The notes beneath the pieces are model-generated. The model saw nothing but the letters and a program-made list of their open reading frames with translations, had not been told where the DNA came from and made no database searches. From sequence record SRR20825019_2182: DNA of 20,000 nt; one strand, written 5' to 3'. Below, one piece after another: positions 19,658 through 20,000 of the stretch. Made by a program: the position numbers and the translations under genes. Each line of letters begins with the position of its first letter. Positions within the stretch are counted from its first letter, which is position 1.

Positions 19658-20000
19658 GTTGGGGTGGTGCCGGTGTAAACGAATATATGTGACGGAATGC
19701 CTTTTGAGCGGCGCCTTGTAGTGGCAGTCGTGGCAAGGGGGTGCTCTCGCTGTACATCTTGCGTAAACGGAATTTGTCTGTTTTGAGTTTTTTTGACAGA
19801 CTGGTTTGAGTATTATGAACACATTTCTGGTGCCGTTAAACTTCCGAAATCAAATGCAGGCTGTTCACTTCACGGCCACTGCCGTACACTTTACTCACAA
19901 ATTACAGCCCGAGAAAGAGCATTTATGAGGAGAGAGACCTCAAGTCGGCGTGCAGTTCTGGAGGTACACAGCATCATATCCAAGGTCTTCCGCTTTCTGG

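Noticed and set aside
19891-20000. Possible 3' end of a minus-strand gene entering from the right edge (e.g. QKAEDLGYDAVYLQNCTPT*)
   Set aside because: It fits the convergent layout, but it is too short and the frame is ambiguous.
1-20000. A functional gene cluster or prokaryotic operon/defence system
   Set aside because: The genes contain introns, mostly alternate in strand and have unrelated functions. No tRNA, rRNA or mobile-element genes were recognised.

Overview
This is a gene-dense eukaryotic window, probably from a protist. It is not prokaryotic: there are 17 inferred GT-AG spliceosomal introns of 47-61 nt. Nine protein-coding genes can be reconstructed, in order: a partial hypothetical protein (-), a DeSI/PPPDE peptidase (+), cytochrome b5 (-), a FAM72 homolog (+), a LETM1-domain protein (-), an EGLN/PHD-like 2OG-Fe(II) dioxygenase (+), a large hypothetical protein with PPC-like repeats (-), an EF-hand/WD40 protein (+) and a GOST-type 7TM protein (+). 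Every gene 5' end faces a GC-rich island (five islands, 0.4-0.95 kb, four of them extreme, with pure G/C runs up to 79 nt) set in roughly balanced-GC genic DNA. Convergent 3' junctions have no island and are tiny, down to 2 nt. The islands and their flanks carry recurrent TGAC/GTCA motifs. The most notable protein feature is the DeSI peptidase tail, which after splicing carries both an SHP-box-like motif and an exact VIM, suggesting a p97/Cdc48 cofactor. Family assignments come from remembered motifs, not database searches, and GC figures are by-eye estimates.
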